DNA of 64,000 nt from Nitrosopumilus sp. (GTDB taxonomy: Archaea > Thermoproteota > Nitrososphaeria > Nitrososphaerales > Nitrosopumilaceae): the NCBI GenBank assembly GCA_965218785.1, contig OZ244650.1:1664001-1728000 (forward strand), given 5' to 3'. Under the pieces are notes generated by a model, which saw only the letters and a program-made list of their open reading frames with translations, was not told the DNA's origin and searched no databases. Below are positions 8,966-20,350 of the stretch, piece by piece (the first letter of the stretch is position 1; each line of letters opens with the position of its first letter). A program made the position numbers and the translations under genes.

Positions 8966-9352
8966 AAACAGTTTCTAGAGTCATTAGGGATATCTAATCA
9001 TTTTGAAAACAGCTCAATGATTTAGTTTGCAAATTAAAGTCATAAACAAACAGTAATGAAAGTACAGTCATCTGCAATTCGTTGTGTTTAATGTGTCAAA
9101 TTGTATTATTTGGAGAATAAATGATGAGAGTGTTGGGGAAAATTTTAATTGGGAAATTCAGACCAAAGACGGCAAAAAAACAGGCAGAAACTACAAGAAA
9201 AAAAAGACGGATTTGCTTAAAGCCTGATAAAGAAAACAAAAATCCATCAGATGGCAAGAAAAGTGCAAATCAGTCAAAAAAACAATGATGAAAAGGCATG
9301 AATTAATTCTCATAAGGAATTGTAAATACCAAGTAATTATAATAGAAAACAG

Positions 9353-9426
9353 AGCCTCGGACGGGATCTGAACCCGTGACCTAACGCTTACGAGGCGTTC
9401 GCTCTACCAGGCTGAGCTACCAAGGC
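9353..9426 (-). tRNA. tRNA-Thr(CGT)
   Basis: Reverse complement GCCTTGGTAGCTCAGCCTGGTAGAGCG-AACGC-CT-CGT-AA-GCGTT-AGGTCACGGGTTCAGATCCCGTCCGAGGCT. Confidence 0.95.
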
Positions 9427-9478
9427 ACGTTTGGATAAATTCATCAGAGTTAATAAAAAGTCTTTCCAAGTTGATTAA

Positions 9479-10777
9479 TTGAAGAAGACAATTTCCGGAA
9501 TTAGGGGGATATTTGGAGAGGATCTCAATCTAAAAAATGTGCTAGAATTTTGTAATAATTTTTCATCCCTGATAAAATCACAAAAATGTGTCATTGGAAA
9601 GGACACCAGACCATCAGGTCCGATGATCAAAGATGCCGCCTGTGCGGCATTGATGAATAATGGAGTTGACGTGTTTAATTTGGAAACAGCGCCAACCCCC
9701 GTGGTTTTCAGAGAGGCAAGAAAATATGGTGCAGGAATCGTAGTTTCCTCATCCCACAATCCGATTAACTGGAATGGAATGAAATTCATTATTGAAGGCA
9801 GGGGAATAAATCAAGAAGAGCTGCCGCAAGTTATAGAACATCAGGAAATTTTAAAATCAAGAATCGGAATAGAATGCGATATATCATCATCATACATCGA
9901 TGATGCAGAAAAAATCATAGGAACCATCGAAAATCAGCCAGAGATAGCAGTGGATATCGGGGGAGGTGCCGCCAAGGGCTTTGCACCAGACTTGTTAAAA
10001 AAGATAGGATGCAAGGTTGAAATTCTAAACGAGGAATTATCAGGATGTTCAAGGGGTCCTGATCCTACATCTGATGAGCTATCCGAATTAATCGCAGCGT
10101 CTGCCAAAAAAGAGATTGGATTTGCATTTGACCTGGACGGAGATCGCCTAGTTGTAGTTAGAAAGGGAAAAAAACAGACCCCGGATGTGACATTGGGTTT
10201 GGGGGTTGCAAAATCTTTGGAGTTGGGATACAAAAGATTTGTCCTAAGTATCGATACAAGTGTCTCAATTGAAAAATTCATCTTGGAGAGGGGCGGAACT
10301 GTTCAAAGATCAAAAGTGGGTGAGGCAAACGTAATGGATCTCATGCTAAAAAACGAGGCCCAGGCAGGAGGGGAGGGAAGTAGTGCCGGTTTTATTTTAC
10401 CAGAATTCAACTATTGCAGGGAGGGGATTCTTACAAGCGGTTTGATAGCTTCCATGCTGGGAAGTTCAAAATTTGATGAGGTTTTGGATTATATGGAAAA
10501 TTACTCCCAAATAAGAGAAAAAATTGATGTCGATTCAACTTTGCATGATAAAATAATGCAGGAAATCAGTGCCAAGCTTGAAAAACAGTATTCACAGGTG
10601 ATCACACTAGATGGAATCAAGGGAATTATTGACGAGCACAGCTGGGTTTTGATTAGAAAATCAAACACCGAAGACAGCATAAGAGTTTCAGCAGAATCAA
10701 ATAACGAAGAAAAATGCAGGAAAATTACAAGGGAGGCACTAGAGTTAGTGAAACAAAGCCATGACAAAGTTAGATGA
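9479..10777 (+). CDS. phosphomannomutase/phosphoglucomutase family
   Basis: SGIRG, DTRPSG, SSHNP, FDLDGDR and GGEGSS motifs. Confidence 0.93.
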   Translation: MKKTISGIRGIFGEDLNLKNVLEFCNNFSSLIKSQKCVIGKDTRPSGPMIKDAACAALMNNGVDVFNLETAPTPVVFREARKYGAGIVVSSSHNPINWNGMKFIIEGRGINQEELPQVIEHQEILKSRIGIECDISSSYIDDAEKIIGTIENQPEIAVDIGGGAAKGFAPDLLKKIGCKVEILNEELSGCSRGPDPTSDELSELIAASAKKEIGFAFDLDGDRLVVVRKGKKQTPDVTLGLGVAKSLELGYKRFVLSIDTSVSIEKFILERGGTVQRSKVGEANVMDLMLKNEAQAGGEGSSAGFILPEFNYCREGILTSGLIASMLGSSKFDEVLDYMENYSQIREKIDVDSTLHDKIMQEISAKLEKQYSQVITLDGIKGIIDEHSWVLIRKSNTEDSIRVSAESNNEEKCRKITREALELVKQSHDKVR

Positions 10778-11717
10778 ATCTTCAATAATCAAAATTTTTC
10801 AGAGTAGGTTGGGAAACAGGAAATTTGTCCCTGAAGATGTAGAAGTCTTCAATTTGGGTAAAACCAAAATCATAGCCAAGACAGACACACTAGTAGAAAG
10901 TACTGATATTCCATCGGGAATGAAGCTGGCAGATGCTGCAAGAAAAAGTGTTGTTGCATGTGTAAGTGATTTTGCTGCAAAAGGCATCAAACCTCAGTAT
11001 GGAATCATTTCTGTGAATCTGCCAGGAACAGTCTCACGCCCACAAATTAACGAGATTGCAAGAGGTTTTAGAAAAGCATGTGATGAATATGATATCTCGA
11101 TACTGGGAGGCGATACCAACTCGGGCAGGGAAACTGTTTTCAATGTATGCATTTTTGGAAGGACTGGCAAAATAGTCAGTAGAAAAGGGGCCAAAACAGG
11201 GGATTTGATATTTGTGACAGGACCGTTTGGTTATACGGCTGCAGGATTGAATATGCTTCTTGGTAAAAGGTACGGAAATGGTAATTTTGCTAAAAAATCA
11301 ATCAGAACAGTAACAAGGCCCAGACCAAGACTCGGCTTTGGAATAAAAAACAAGAGATATTTTTCATCATCAATGGATTCCAGTGACGGATTATCCACCA
11401 CGCTAAATGAAATGTCAAAGCAGAGTAAAAAAAAATTCGTAATTAACAATACCCCTTCAAACAAAGATCTACGGGAATACGCCGAGTCCCAGAAACTTGA
11501 TCTGAATAAATTGGTTTTTCATGGAGGAGAGGAATACGAAATTGTATTTACAGCATCACCAAGACACGGACAAATAATTAAAAAAAATGCAAAGCTGCTT
11601 AAAATACCAGTTGTTGAGATCGGATATGTCGCCTCAGGAAGGAGGAGGGGGGTTTTTGTGCAGGAGAAAAACAGACAGGTTCGTTTGAAGGATTTAGGAT
11701 GGAGGCATTTTAGATGA
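10761..11717 (+). CDS. thiL: thiamine-monophosphate kinase
   Basis: SDFAAKG, GGDTN, MDSSDGL and GGEEYE motifs. Confidence 0.92.
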   Translation: MTKLDESSIIKIFQSRLGNRKFVPEDVEVFNLGKTKIIAKTDTLVESTDIPSGMKLADAARKSVVACVSDFAAKGIKPQYGIISVNLPGTVSRPQINEIARGFRKACDEYDISILGGDTNSGRETVFNVCIFGRTGKIVSRKGAKTGDLIFVTGPFGYTAAGLNMLLGKRYGNGNFAKKSIRTVTRPRPRLGFGIKNKRYFSSSMDSSDGLSTTLNEMSKQSKKKFVINNTPSNKDLREYAESQKLDLNKLVFHGGEEYEIVFTASPRHGQIIKKNAKLLKIPVVEIGYVASGRRRGVFVQEKNRQVRLKDLGWRHFR

Positions 11718-12013
11718 CTGTTTGCTTTTTTTGCAGTGAGAGATTTGCATTCATATGTTGACTAGTATTAATATTGCAGAGCAAACCCCTATCAGGGCAT
11801 ACATGTATTTCCTAAAATTTGGATTGTTTGTTCTCATCATATTATATCACAACTCCTGTGGAAATTCGAGATTGGCGCATTACAAAATTTGAAACACTGC
11901 CCAAAAACATTTCTTTAAAACTGCCAGAGCCGGCAACTATCAAATCAGCATGATTACTTTTTTGATTTGCAACAGTCATGCCAGAACAACCCTGCGGATT
12001 TTTTGATCGTTGA

Positions 12014-12535
12014 TCATTTTGTCAGATTACCGTTTGAAATATGCGTCTTGTCATTTAATATGACATTGCGAACCTTTACCATCTTGCGAGCTAGCATGAA
12101 TCCTGCACCAGTCATGGAGCTGCCCAAAATGACGTGCAGTATGCTGGAATCCTGCTGTGGTGCGACAAACAGCACATATACAAATCCTACACCCATTAAC
12201 AACACGCCAAAAAACGCAAACAACGCCATCATTTTAGGTATGTGTGATGGAATTGGTGGCAATGTGTTTGGTGGCGATTCTACAAAATCAATATCCTTGC
12301 AGCTTTTACAGCAATGATAAGGTTTTGTATTTTTCCAAACCGTAACAAGAAAATAAAATTCTTGATGGCACGCATCACAGCTTTGTTTTGGTAGGGTAAT
12401 TTTTCCATTAGCATCCCAGTCCTTGCCGATTGTTTTCATACATTTTTTACAAAAGTATCCGGGAGTACGCCACTGCTTTTGAAAGTTATATTTTACAAAT
12501 CCGAGTTTTTTGTTACATCCACTACAAAAAGTCAA
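12014..12535 (-). CDS. double zinc-finger, 2-TM membrane protein coupled to DUR3
   Basis: Four CxxC-type motifs followed by two TM segments; 4-bp overlap with the DUR3 stop. Confidence 0.8.
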   Translation of the reverse strand: MTFCSGCNKKLGFVKYNFQKQWRTPGYFCKKCMKTIGKDWDANGKITLPKQSCDACHQEFYFLVTVWKNTKPYHCCKSCKDIDFVESPPNTLPPIPSHIPKMMALFAFFGVLLMGVGFVYVLFVAPQQDSSILHVILGSSMTGAGFMLARKMVKVRNVILNDKTHISNGNLTK

Positions 12536-14514
12536 TTCTTGCCTTCCGTGTCTTCTGCGACTGGCTTTCTACCCAGGACTTTGGCAATTCCTTGTCTTGC
12601 CTCGATGATGGGCAAAAATATGATAATCGATGCTGCAATACTGACCCAAATTATTGATATTCCAACCCAGATACTATACGTAAATACATCAAAGACGAGA
12701 TTCGATATAATCAATGGCATTGGCCACGCAATAATTAGGATCAAAGTCATTATTCCGCCTCCTTTGAGACTGAACTTGAATGCCTTTTTCAATGTCTCTT
12801 CATTTTCTACAGATAATGTAGATTCTGATAATTCGACCAGGGTGATCTTTTCTTTGAGATCTTTCCATTCGAAGGTTGATTTTGTAGCAAGACTGCCAAC
12901 CAAAGTTATGACGCCGCCAGTCAAAATGCCTGCAACGTTGGCAAATAGCATTGAATAGTTGTGACCAAGACTGGCAAGACTGATTACACCGTCAAATTCA
13001 GGCAGCGAGGTTGCTACGGATACCCAGGTAGTCAATGCAACTGCAAAACCGATGATCGCACCCGATGTGGCAGCAACCCTGTTGGTTCTCTTCCACAGTA
13101 TTGTTAATGCAATCGGAATAACTGCCGAACCGATAATGATTCCCATTGCCAGATAAACAAATCCGAGGCTTAGACCCATGTGCAATAGCACGACTGCCAA
13201 ACCACCCATCCCCAGACCAAAACCAACTATGGTTATCCTGGAGACTTTAACGAGGTTCTTGCCTGTGGCATTCGGGTTTTTGTATGTTCGATAAATATCA
13301 TAAGTGATCAAAGACGAGACGGCAATCAACTCGGCAGAACCTGCAGAAGTTACAGCCATAAACAGCATTGTGAGAACCATTATAGCTCCCACCTCGCCCA
13401 TTAATGCAGTTGCAGCAGCTGGAACGACCAGTCCCAACTGAACCTGTTCTGGAGTAAGATCAACATCAAGCGCGACGGCAGTAAGTCCCATCGTAGTAGC
13501 CAAAGTAAACGGAATTGCAAACCAGCATGCACCGCCAAGCAGGAATCCCTTGACCGTAGATGATGGTTTTGCGGCAATTGCCCGTTGCCAGTATGCCTGA
13601 TCAACGAACACAGTACCAAAGTTTCCAACAATATTGATAATACCAAACATCAGACCGCCAATTGACGCCATGGTCAGAAATGCACCTGCGGCATTTCCCT
13701 CAATAGGTCTCAGGTCTGCGGCTGCAACCAGCTTGTCATACATTCCATCAATACCGCCGGTAATGTCAGTGTTGATGTACACTGCCGCAACAAACGTCAA
13801 AATCACTACAAAGATAATTATCGTATGCATGTAATCTGCAACAAATGTTGCCTTTAGTCCCCCCACCAGAGTGTAAATCATGACACCGATTGGTATCAAA
13901 AATGCCGCAAGGGAGATGTCCATTCCAGTCAAACCATTGACGACGGCCGAACCTCCAAGAAGAAGCATTGCAGTTACGATCATGTTTGTAGTTAATGCAA
14001 AAACAAGGAATACTTTGTGTGAACCATTCCCATATCTTGCACGAATTATTTCTAAAAATGTATGTGCGTTAGGAGCCTTGCGTTTTAATTCGATGGCCAG
14101 GATTCCAAATAACAGAACTTGAATCGATGCGCCTGCCGCATACCAAAACGGACCACTAATTCCATACTGATATGCCACTGTCGAGGACTGGAGTAACGTG
14201 GCTGCCCACGTCCAAGCCGAGACAATAGCGGCTGCCGTCAAACCGGTTTTGATGGTTCGTCCGGCAGTGTTGAACATCTCCGAGGTCTGATTTACACCCA
14301 AATACTTTTCTTCAATCTTTACTTCAATTGTAATAATAACTGCAAATACTGCGCCTAAACCGACAACTACGGCCCAACCAATCCATTCAGGTAAGACCTC
14401 ACCTATTTCAAATCCCTCTGAAATTGCGCCCGCACCAAAAACTGTTTGAGTGGAACCTGCAACGGCAGCAAAAAGCAACAAGGACATAAAAAACAGGCTG
14501 AATCTGGCTTTCAT
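12532..14514 (-). CDS. dur3: urea active transporter (DUR3, sodium:solute symporter family)
   Basis: SAWTWAATLLQSS, YGISGPFWYAAGA, GNFGTVFVDQAYWQRAIAA; adjacent to urease. Confidence 0.93.
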   Translation of the reverse strand: MKARFSLFFMSLLLFAAVAGSTQTVFGAGAISEGFEIGEVLPEWIGWAVVVGLGAVFAVIITIEVKIEEKYLGVNQTSEMFNTAGRTIKTGLTAAAIVSAWTWAATLLQSSTVAYQYGISGPFWYAAGASIQVLLFGILAIELKRKAPNAHTFLEIIRARYGNGSHKVFLVFALTTNMIVTAMLLLGGSAVVNGLTGMDISLAAFLIPIGVMIYTLVGGLKATFVADYMHTIIIFVVILTFVAAVYINTDITGGIDGMYDKLVAAADLRPIEGNAAGAFLTMASIGGLMFGIINIVGNFGTVFVDQAYWQRAIAAKPSSTVKGFLLGGACWFAIPFTLATTMGLTAVALDVDLTPEQVQLGLVVPAAATALMGEVGAIMVLTMLFMAVTSAGSAELIAVSSLITYDIYRTYKNPNATGKNLVKVSRITIVGFGLGMGGLAVVLLHMGLSLGFVYLAMGIIIGSAVIPIALTILWKRTNRVAATSGAIIGFAVALTTWVSVATSLPEFDGVISLASLGHNYSMLFANVAGILTGGVITLVGSLATKSTFEWKDLKEKITLVELSESTLSVENEETLKKAFKFSLKGGGIMTLILIIAWPMPLIISNLVFDVFTYSIWVGISIIWVSIAASIIIFLPIIEARQGIAKVLGRKPVAEDTEGKN

Positions 14515-14612
14515 ATGAATAATGGATATAATGTCGGTATTTAAGTAATTTTATATTCATTTTTTTTTAAAATATAGGGTTTATTTTGAATTTTTAGGCG
14601 ATATTTGGAAAA

Positions 14613-16325
14613 TTAGTATAAATTATAGAGTCGGGATAGCGGGAGTTTCTCAGAAGGGTTGACTGTTGCGATTTCTCCATCAACTCGTACCTCGTATGTT
14701 TCAGGATTTACCTTGATGTCCGGTGTCAGGTTATTGAGAACCATGTCCTTTTTTCCTATATTGCGGCAGTTTTTTACCGCAACAAGTCTCTTTTTGAGAT
14801 CAAGTTTTGTTTCCAGTTTGTCATCTAAGGCCAGTTGTGATGTAAAAGTGATGGATGTAGAGTGTTTTGCCGTTCCTAGCGCGCCGAACATCGGTCTGTA
14901 GCGAATCGGTTCAGTCGTCGGTATCGAGGCATTCGGATCGCCCATCAGGGAGTATGCGATGAATCCACCCTTGATGATAAGCTTTGGTTTTATGCCAAAA
15001 AATTGTGGTGTCCAAACGATAATGTCTGCAAGTTTTCCTGATTCCAAGGATCCCACGTGTTCGGATATTCCATGAGTTATTGCAGGATTTATCGTGATTT
15101 TAGCCAGGTATCGCTTTACTCTAAGATTGTCATTCTCGCCGGATTCATCTGCAAGACGGCCGACATTTTGTTTCATCTTGTCAGCTGTCTGCCAGTTTCT
15201 TGTTGTCACCTCGCCTACTCTTCCCATCGCCTGGCTGTCTGAGGACATCATGCTTATGACACCCATGTCGTGCAGTACGTCTTCTGCGGCTATTGTCTCC
15301 CCCCGTATTCTGGATTCGGCAAACGAGACGTCTTCTGGTACTGAAGGATTAAGATGATGGCACACCATCATCATGTCCAGGTGTTCTGCCAATGTATTTA
15401 CTGTAAACGGTCTGGTGGGATTTGTCGATGATGGAAGAACATTGTCCAGTCCTGCAATTTTTATAATGTCCGGTGCGTGACCGCCGCCTGCCCCTTCTGT
15501 ATGGTATGTGTGGATTGTCCGTCCGGCAATCGCCTCGATTGTATCATCAACAAAACCGCACTCGTTTAGAGTATCAGTATGGATTGCAACTTGGGTGTCA
15601 GTCTTTTCTGCAACACGCAATGCGGCATCAATTGTTGCAGGAGTCGAGCCCCAGTCCTCATGTAACTTTAACCCGCAGGCCCCGGCCCTGATCTGTTCGA
15701 TCAGTGCGGGTTCCTGCGAATCGTTTCCCTTGCACAAAAATCCAAAGTTTAGCGGAAATTCCTCAATGGCCTCCATCATCCTGTGAATATTCCACGCGCC
15801 GGGAGTACACGTTGTTGCATTTGTCCCGTCGGCAGGACCCGTACCTCCGCCAATCATGGTTGTAGTGCCACTGCAGATGGCATCAATGCATTGTTGGGGG
15901 GAAATAAAATGAATATGAGAGTCTATCGTACCGGGAGTGCAGATAGTGTGTTCCCCTGAGATGACCTCCGTATTTGAGGAGATCACCATGTCGATATTAT
16001 CCATGATGTTTGGATTGCCGGCATTGCCTATTCCGACGATCTTTCCGTCTTTAATTCCAATATCGCCCTTTATTATTCCCAGAATCGGATCCAAAATTAC
16101 AGCGTTTGTAATTACCAGGTCTAGCGAATTCTCCCTGGTATAACCGCTGGCTTGCGCCATTCCGTCTCTGATGCTTTTTCCCCCGCCAAAAACTGCCTCA
16201 TCGCCATACTGTATCAGGTCCTTTTCAATCTCGATAATTAAATCAGTGTCTGCAAGGCGTATCTTGTCACCGACTGTCGGACCAAAGAGATCAACGTATC
16301 TTCTTCTTGCAATATCTAGTGTCAT
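14613..16325 (-). CDS. ureC: urease subunit alpha
   Basis: [29 protein letters not shown] and SSDSQAMGR motifs. Confidence 0.98.
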   Translation of the reverse strand: MTLDIARRRYVDLFGPTVGDKIRLADTDLIIEIEKDLIQYGDEAVFGGGKSIRDGMAQASGYTRENSLDLVITNAVILDPILGIIKGDIGIKDGKIVGIGNAGNPNIMDNIDMVISSNTEVISGEHTICTPGTIDSHIHFISPQQCIDAICSGTTTMIGGGTGPADGTNATTCTPGAWNIHRMMEAIEEFPLNFGFLCKGNDSQEPALIEQIRAGACGLKLHEDWGSTPATIDAALRVAEKTDTQVAIHTDTLNECGFVDDTIEAIAGRTIHTYHTEGAGGGHAPDIIKIAGLDNVLPSSTNPTRPFTVNTLAEHLDMMMVCHHLNPSVPEDVSFAESRIRGETIAAEDVLHDMGVISMMSSDSQAMGRVGEVTTRNWQTADKMKQNVGRLADESGENDNLRVKRYLAKITINPAITHGISEHVGSLESGKLADIIVWTPQFFGIKPKLIIKGGFIAYSLMGDPNASIPTTEPIRYRPMFGALGTAKHSTSITFTSQLALDDKLETKLDLKKRLVAVKNCRNIGKKDMVLNNLTPDIKVNPETYEVRVDGEIATVNPSEKLPLSRLYNLY

Positions 16326-16699
16326 ACAGATACCTCCTTGAATCCCTTGTCCCTTGCTTTTTGCAGTGCCTGTGTTTTTCTCTCATCTAGTTTCCCATTA
16401 ACCAACCCGCTAAATCCATAAACGATTTTTTTTCCGCCGTATTCTACTAGTTCTATTCTTCTAGAATCGCCTGGCTCAAATCTTACTGATGTTCCTGACG
16501 GTATGTTCAGATGAAACCCATACGCCTGCACCCTTGGAAATGAAAGCGACTTGTTTACCTCAAAAAAATGTGTGTGGGAGCCGACCTGGATGGGTCGATC
16601 ACCGGTGTTTGTTACCAGAATTGAAACGGTAGCTTTTCCATTATTTGCAATAATTTTTTCATCAGATATTATGTATTCTCCAGGCTTCATCTTTATCAC
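16322..16699 (-). CDS. ureB: urease subunit beta
   Basis: [19 protein letters not shown] and [10 protein letters not shown] motifs. Confidence 0.97.
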   Translation of the reverse strand: MIKMKPGEYIISDEKIIANNGKATVSILVTNTGDRPIQVGSHTHFFEVNKSLSFPRVQAYGFHLNIPSGTSVRFEPGDSRRIELVEYGGKKIVYGFSGLVNGKLDERKTQALQKARDKGFKEVSV

Positions 16700-16998
16700 A
16701 CTATTGGGTCATGTACCGTTACTAGTTTTGTTCCATCATTAAATGTCGCCTCTACCTGGATTGAATGGATTAGTTCTGGGACTTCGGGCAGAACATCATC
16801 TTTTGAGAGGATATTTTTTCCGGAACTCATCAGATCAGAAACGGACTTTCCATCACGGGCCCCCTCCAAAATATGGTCTGCAATCAGTGCGACTGCTTCT
16901 GGATGATTTAGCTTTAGACCTCTCTTTCTTCTTCTGGCGGCAAGCTGGGCGACTAGAAAAATATCTAGTTTGTCCTTATCTCTGGGTGTCAGGTTCAC
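16696..16998 (-). CDS. ureA: urease subunit gamma
   Basis: GLKLNHPEA and [18 protein letters not shown] motifs. Confidence 0.97.
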   Translation of the reverse strand: MNLTPRDKDKLDIFLVAQLAARRRKRGLKLNHPEAVALIADHILEGARDGKSVSDLMSSGKNILSKDDVLPEVPELIHSIQVEATFNDGTKLVTVHDPIV

Positions 16999-17019
16999 TG
17001 GATTAAATTAATCAGTCAT

Positions 17020-17038
17020 TCTATATAATATTTAAAAA
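17020..17038 (-). promoter_or_regulatory. TATA box upstream of ureA
   Basis: Reverse complement TTTTTAAATATTATATA about 25-35 bp upstream of the ureA start. Confidence 0.5.
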
Positions 17039-17258
17039 TAATTTTGATATCTTTTATTGTTATTCAAGATAGATGATCTTATCCTGATTTATGCCTGAGG
17101 TCGGGGATCCGGGTGATCTGATCACCGATTACACCAGAACCAACATGGGAAATAACTGCCTGTGATCCAAATCCAGCCGATAAGCATGCATGCATCCATT
17201 TGATAGTGATAAGAGAGTACCAAGAATCAAAAATAAAAACAGGTTGGTTTTTTCAACA

Positions 17259-17957
17259 TTATTTGGATATTCTACCTTTTTTGCTATTTCTTGTTTGGTG
17301 ATAAGTGTAAATCAGGATGCCAACCCCTTCTAGTGTCTCAATAAATAATACCGTGGCAAAATGCAGCATCCAACCGTCTAGTATATCATCAATGGTAGAG
17401 ACGATAACGGACCAAACAACAGGATCAAGGACAGGCAGCAAAAATACAAGGAAAAACCCCAAAAATATTCTATCTTGGGATATCTGATTATAAACATTCA
17501 TCAATTCATCATGGGTTTGTATTACATCCTGATTGATTACAGCAGTATTGATTTTATCCAGTGATGCCTTATTTTCTAATGACATTGCTTGAATCATCGA
17601 GGATTTTAATTCAAGGATTTCGGGGTTTGTTTCTGCATATCCGATACCCAGGGTGATTGAACCCAGAAAATAGATAACAAAGAACATTGAACAATAAACC
17701 ACGATTCTTCTTTTTCCCCTGTGAACCCTGGTGATTACCTTCCAGTATATCTTGCCAAAGTATCCTAGCTTGTTTTTCTTGGATAGATAGACTGTGATAA
17801 AAGCAGCAAGCGAGATAAGACCAAAAGAACCAACCCAGCTATCAGATACAAAACTAAAGAATATCAGCCTGATGGATAGGAATACTCCAAACATTACAAC
17901 CAACACAATAATGTCTTCCAGGAATGATGGGAGTTTTGGTTTATAGTTCCGGGTCAT
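17259..17957 (-). CDS. multi-pass membrane protein of unknown function
   Basis: 232-aa ORF with about five hydrophobic segments. Confidence 0.75.
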   Translation of the reverse strand: MTRNYKPKLPSFLEDIIVLVVMFGVFLSIRLIFFSFVSDSWVGSFGLISLAAFITVYLSKKNKLGYFGKIYWKVITRVHRGKRRIVVYCSMFFVIYFLGSITLGIGYAETNPEILELKSSMIQAMSLENKASLDKINTAVINQDVIQTHDELMNVYNQISQDRIFLGFFLVFLLPVLDPVVWSVIVSTIDDILDGWMLHFATVLFIETLEGVGILIYTYHQTRNSKKGRISK

Positions 17958-18323
17958 ACTGTTAATGACTTGAATATGATGATCAAATAGTTATCAATGT
18001 TTGTTATCCATTACAGTAAATCGGAATTAAAGCAAATCAAAGATAAAGCCAAGACAAAATCATTGATGGCTTGACTATCCAGCCATCAGAGGCATCCGGA
18101 TTTGTTGATTCTGTTTTTGGTGATCTTTTATTACCAAACGAGTTAACAGTGAATTTTATATTAATTTTGATTGAGATTTTGATGCCTTTTTTTGTAAATG
18201 AATTTAGAGTTTGATAAAATCGGCATTATTCATCGTTGTTATCAATTCAGACATGCAGACAGTTGAAACGGGTTTTTTATTAATCAGTTTACGCATAATT
18301 GATCCCAGACGGACATATCATGA

Positions 18324-18527
18324 ATGTGTGAGTTGATAATGACATCAGGTGGCATTAGAATTGTTCATAAACTTGGTCATCTTGAAGGTGATGAATACGG
18401 AACAATATGCAGATGTTACAGCCATAATGACGATAATGCCAATTTATCTTTAAAAGGAGAAACTTGGGATTTTTATAGAAAAAAGAAGATATGGTATTAT
18501 GGGAAAAACAACAGCAGACAAATTTGA
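18324..18527 (+). pseudogene. probable C-terminal remnant of a toxin-like partner gene
   Basis: IVHKLGHLEGDEYG motif; stops immediately upstream in all frames inspected; overlaps the next gene. Confidence 0.4.
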
Positions 18528-18819
18528 AGAATATTTTCAACAGTGGTTAGAGGAAGTTCAAAAACCGGAAATTATGGTTAGTTCTGATACTATAGATTAC
18601 ATTGACAATAAACCATATAAAAAAATTATAAGACTGGGACACGACGCACTGCCATTTTTAATGAATAAAATTGCACAAGGATACTTTATCTTAAATCATG
18701 CAGTTTCTGAAATTACTGGAAAAAAAATATCAGACATTGCACCAGTAGGATCCAAGCTAATTTCACAGCAAGAGATTTCAAGATTATGGTTAACATGGTG
18801 GAAAACAGAAATATTCTAA
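18499..18819 (+). CDS. small alpha-helical hypothetical protein (immunity/antitoxin-like)
   Basis: KFEEYFQQW...SS...YKKIIRLGHDALPFL...ITG...WLTWW pattern. Confidence 0.65.
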   Translation: MGKTTADKFEEYFQQWLEEVQKPEIMVSSDTIDYIDNKPYKKIIRLGHDALPFLMNKIAQGYFILNHAVSEITGKKISDIAPVGSKLISQQEISRLWLTWWKTEIF

Positions 18820-19156
18820 AGACAGTCATATTGAAATTTGGATGCGTCTTTTTACCTCCACCCACAAAGATCAATCAGACTTTCTTTATGATGAATATGG
18901 TAATTCTGTCATGAATCTTTTTCCAATCTACACAGATGATTTTGTTGTAGATCTTAAACATTAAGGAATATCTAGATACATCATGTTTGGTGTTACTGCC
19001 AGTTACAATTGAGCCTCGTGGATTGTTATCTTGCAATAGAATCACCGCACAATCATGAGCCTTTAATGCCTTTGATTCTGGTGCATTTTGGCGATCTGAT
19101 AGTATTCCACACTAGAGCCTTTGATAAGATATAACCCCCGTATCGCTATAGTAACT

Positions 19157-19645
19157 GTGATAAAAATTACCTCCATTTCAGGAAATATTTTTCGTGATAA
19201 AAAACCCCTAAAAACAGACAGTCCCGAATACCTCCTAGTCTCAAGATCAGAGTTGGATAAGAGCAGACTTCGAGCAAAAACAGACAAGGGAACAGATATC
19301 GGACTCGTTTTAGAATCAGATAACCTGCACAACGGCGATATATTATCCTGTGATGATAAGAATATAATTGTCAAACAGTTGCCTGAAAAATTAATCGCAG
19401 TTAAGTTAAGAGGCGACAGATCACAGGCAACTGAGGTTCTAGTCATGATAGGACATGTTATTGGAAACAGGCACCGACCGATCTCAGTTGTAGGTAATCA
19501 CATTTATTTTCCAATTCAGGCTGATTCTGAACTCGGCGTCTTTGAGGAATTATTCTCCGGCATTCTTGATGATGATGATGCCGAGTTCTCCATCCAGGAA
19601 TCAGTTTTTGAACCTCTTATTGGGACAAAGATACATGAACACTGA
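19157..19645 (+). CDS. ureE: urease accessory protein UreE
   Basis: KSRLRAKTDKG, LHNGDIL, GHVIGNRH and C-terminal HEH; GTG start at 19157 with TATA-like element at ~19130. Confidence 0.92.
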   Translation: MIKITSISGNIFRDKKPLKTDSPEYLLVSRSELDKSRLRAKTDKGTDIGLVLESDNLHNGDILSCDDKNIIVKQLPEKLIAVKLRGDRSQATEVLVMIGHVIGNRHRPISVVGNHIYFPIQADSELGVFEELFSGILDDDDAEFSIQESVFEPLIGTKIHEH

Positions 19646-20333
19646 TGATTTTTCCAAGGACTTGGATATGATGCAGTTATCCGATTCGTTTTTTCCTACC
19701 GGGTTGTATGCCACCTCAAATGGTCTGGAGAACATATTTGTAAAAAATAAAAATTTTTCCATAAATGATCTCATCGCTTTTAATTCCGTGCATATCCGGC
19801 AGCAGCTTGGTCCGTGTGACTGTGTGATAATATCAAATAGTTGTGAATATGCCAAACTATCAGATTACAAAAAAATCAAAGAGATGGATTCTATTTGTAT
19901 TGCCACCAAGATGATCAAGGAAGTCAGGGAGGCATCCTTTAGATCCGGTATTCAGCTTGTAAAATGTGTAAAAGAATTTCTAGATGACGAGATTTTGAAT
20001 CTTTATTATAACGACATTCAAGACGGCGTTGTTACAGGTGTTTATCCCGTCTCTTTTTCGCTTTGCTGTAATGCCTTGGGCATAAAAAAAGAGAGGGCAC
20101 TACTGATGTTTCTTTATGGCTTTGTAACAAGTAATGTGGGCGCCGCCTTACGCCTTGGTATGATTCAGCATTTTGACGGTCAGAAAATAATTCACGGTCT
20201 CAAGCCATTAATTGTACAGACTGTCAAAGAAAACAGTTGTAAATCAATTAAAGACATGTGGCAGTTCTCCCCCCAATTGGAAATCAATCAAATGTCCCAC
20301 GAGGTCATGGATGCTAAAATGTTTATTACATAA
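19635..20333 (+). CDS. ureF: urease accessory protein UreF
   Basis: [24 protein letters not shown] and terminal H......F..; ATG at 19635 overlaps the ureE stop. Confidence 0.93.
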   Translation: MNTDDFSKDLDMMQLSDSFFPTGLYATSNGLENIFVKNKNFSINDLIAFNSVHIRQQLGPCDCVIISNSCEYAKLSDYKKIKEMDSICIATKMIKEVREASFRSGIQLVKCVKEFLDDEILNLYYNDIQDGVVTGVYPVSFSLCCNALGIKKERALLMFLYGFVTSNVGAALRLGMIQHFDGQKIIHGLKPLIVQTVKENSCKSIKDMWQFSPQLEINQMSHEVMDAKMFIT

Positions 20334-20350
20334 AAATTGAGATTTCATAT

